From: Actinomycetota bacterium
Lineage (GTDB): Bacteria > Actinomycetota > Acidimicrobiia > Acidimicrobiales > JAJPHE01
DNA: 64,000 bases
Direction of reading: 5' to 3'
Assembly: GCA_027315345.1 (NCBI GenBank)
Contig: DAHUYE010000008.1
Span: 55,265 to 119,264 of the forward strand
Position numbers and translations under genes: made by a program. Positions 63,158-64,000 of the stretch are shown piece by piece; within the stretch, counting starts at the first letter, position 1, and each line of letters begins with the position of its first letter. The notes under the pieces were generated by a model. That model was not told the origin of the DNA, did not search any database, and saw only the letters and a list, made by a program, of their open reading frames with translations.

Positions 63158-63700
63158 TCAGCGCCGGCCGGTGGCCTTGCGGGCGGGCGCCTTCCTGGCC
63201 GGGGTGCGGGCGGCGGTGGTCTTCTTGGCCACCGTCTTCTTGACCGGAGCCTTGCGGGCCGTGGCCTTGGCCGGAGCCTTGCGAGCGGTGGCCTTGGCCG
63301 GAGCCTTCTTGGCCGGAGCCCGGCCCGGGGCCGCCTTCTTGGCCGGAGCCTTGCGGGCGGGGGCCTTGGCCGGGGCGGGGCCCTCGAGGGGCCAGACACC
63401 GCGGGCGAGCTTGGGCGCCTGGCCGGGGCTCATGACCGCGTCCTTGAAGGCCTTCATCGGTGTGATGCGGGCCTTCTTGGAAGCCTTTATCCGAATGGCT
63501 TCACCCGTGGCCGGGTTGCGCCCCATGCGGGCGGCGCGCTCGACCTTGGCGAATTTGGCGAAGCCGCTGATGGACACCGCCTCGCCCTTCGAGACAACGG
63601 CGGTCACCACGTCTTGGAAGCCCTTGAGAGCATCGTCCACGTGACGGCCCTCGAGCCCCGTGTGGGCCGCTACGGCCTTAACCAGATCACGTCGGTTCAT
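63158..63700 (-). CDS. hupB: HU/histone-like DNA-binding protein with Lys/Ala/Pro-rich C-terminal tail (HupB/MDP1 type)
   Basis: The N-terminal 90 aa form an HU fold (MNRRDLV...GFAKFAKVERAARMGRNPATGEAI). The C-terminal ~85 aa consist of PAKKA/ARKAPAKAT repeats. Confidence 0.92.
   Translation of the reverse strand: MNRRDLVKAVAAHTGLEGRHVDDALKGFQDVVTAVVSKGEAVSISGFAKFAKVERAARMGRNPATGEAIRIKASKKARITPMKAFKDAVMSPGQAPKLARGVWPLEGPAPAKAPARKAPAKKAAPGRAPAKKAPAKATARKAPAKATARKAPVKKTVAKKTTAARTPARKAPARKATGRR
63244..63297 (-). repeat. 2 x 27-bp tandem repeat inside the hupB tail, flanked by degenerate copies
   Basis: On the plus strand, ccggagccttgcgggccgtggccttgg is followed by ccggagccttgcgagcggtggccttgg. 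The repeat encodes PAKATARKA twice. Similar AKKAP units extend over about 63170-63400. Confidence 0.85.
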
Positions 63701-63707
63701 CTGTCAA

Positions 63708-63713
63708 TCTCCT
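63708..63713 (-). promoter_or_regulatory. Shine-Dalgarno sequence of hupB
   Basis: On the minus strand, AGGAGA is followed by 7 nt and then the ATG at 63700. Confidence 0.6.
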
Positions 63714-63798
63714 ATCGGCGGGACTCGACAGCCGTCATTGTGCAGCGTGGCGGCGCGTTACGCGCGGATGGGCGCGCACCGGTCCGGTCAGGTCTTCC

Positions 63799-64000
63799 TC
63801 AGCCGCCGTCGACATTGGCATCGTCATAGCGCCGGCAGCGCTGGCACCACGCCACCAGACTGCTGTGGGGATCGGCCGGATGGACGATGCCACCGCAGCC
63901 GGCGCAGCGATATATGACGGGTGAATTCGGGTCGGGCAACTGAACCTGGCCTGGGTGGTCGGACGGACCATATTCCTGCCCGTAGGCGGGCCCAGTCGAA
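63799..64000 (-). CDS. Partial CDS (3' end) of a zinc-ribbon-like small protein; start lies beyond the window
   Basis: Not in the ORF track because it is open at the window edge. My translation of the minus strand gives ...GQEYGPSDHPGQVQLPDPNSPVIYRCAGCGGIVHPADPHSSLVAWCQRCRRYDDANVDGG, with a stop at 63799-63801. It has a CxxC...CxxC pattern and protein-like composition. Confidence 0.4.
   Translation of the reverse strand, partial: STGPAYGQEYGPSDHPGQVQLPDPNSPVIYRCAGCGGIVHPADPHSSLVAWCQRCRRYDDANVDGG

Noticed and set aside
63124-63399. N-terminal extension of the WhiB ORF (230-aa track ORF with RPRPPPARLRPRRRP repeats).
   Set aside because: This part is the antisense reading of the hupB PAKKA-repeat tail. 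WhiB proteins are about 85-140 aa, and ATG 63123 or GTG 62994 give sensible products.
63753-63765. Perfect inverted repeat GCGCGT-T-ACGCGC in the hupB upstream region, considered as a possible operator.
   Set aside because: Six-bp GC-only arms are expected by chance in 70% GC DNA. There is no second copy and no associated regulator in the window, and it cannot fold as a hairpin because the loop is 1 nt.

Overview
High-GC (about 70%) chromosomal segment whose gene set points to Actinomycetota: Pup-proteasome genes, OpcA, bifunctional FbiC, a WhiB-like regulator and HupB with a PAKKA-type tail. Coding density is very high, with about 65 CDS on both strands and many GTGA/ATGA/TTGA start-stop overlaps. 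I recognised no rRNA, tRNA, CRISPR array, transposase or integrase.

Gene content from left to right:
- mpa-dop-pup-prcB, then a ferredoxin.
- A coupled ttuB-ttuA-trmI unit, small membrane proteins and a Lon N-domain protein.
- A desaturase, nagA and a FIST protein.
- A long pentose-phosphate operon (tal-pgi-gnd-zwf-opcA-pgl) followed by fbiC.
- glcDEF, small ORFs, and a DUF3151 / flavin reductase / rnd unit.
- HIT protein, acyl-CoA synthetase, tyrS, an alpha/beta hydrolase and a MaoC dehydratase.
- An envelope cluster: DMT-like transporter, a GT28 enzyme fused to a degenerate NodB domain, an active NodB deacetylase, ppm1, an orphan ABC ATPase and an MprF-type flippase-like protein.
- Two SEDS genes flanking a bifunctional-nuclease gene, then gltBD.
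- Three coupled alpha/beta-hydrolase-fold genes, a secreted protein, gabD, an M23 peptidase and an amidohydrolase.
- Thr/Pro-rich envelope ORFs.
- A DNA-repair neighbourhood (Fpg/Nei, rmuC, split LigD polymerase and ligase genes, an HhH-PHP protein), then whiB-like and hupB.

The most interesting observations:
1. The envelope cluster at 33.5-38.8 kb could encode a make-flip-deacetylate glycolipid pathway. It includes a pseudo-deacetylase fusion and an ABC ATPase paired with a flippase-like protein instead of a permease.
2. ttuB-ttuA-trmI form one coupled tRNA T-loop module. Its ubiquitin-like carrier ends GG-AG and sits 2 kb from pup.
3. The NHEJ genes are split, with a PHP protein where a LigD phosphoesterase module would be expected.
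4. The 5' end of rnd carries four tandem SD+ATG repeats.
5. Several conserved N-termini have no ATG/GTG/TTG available.

Limits: every functional call rests on by-eye motif and architecture recognition, and no search was run. Start codons are often uncertain. Many long ORFs in the supplied track are GC-driven artefacts overlapping recognisable genes.
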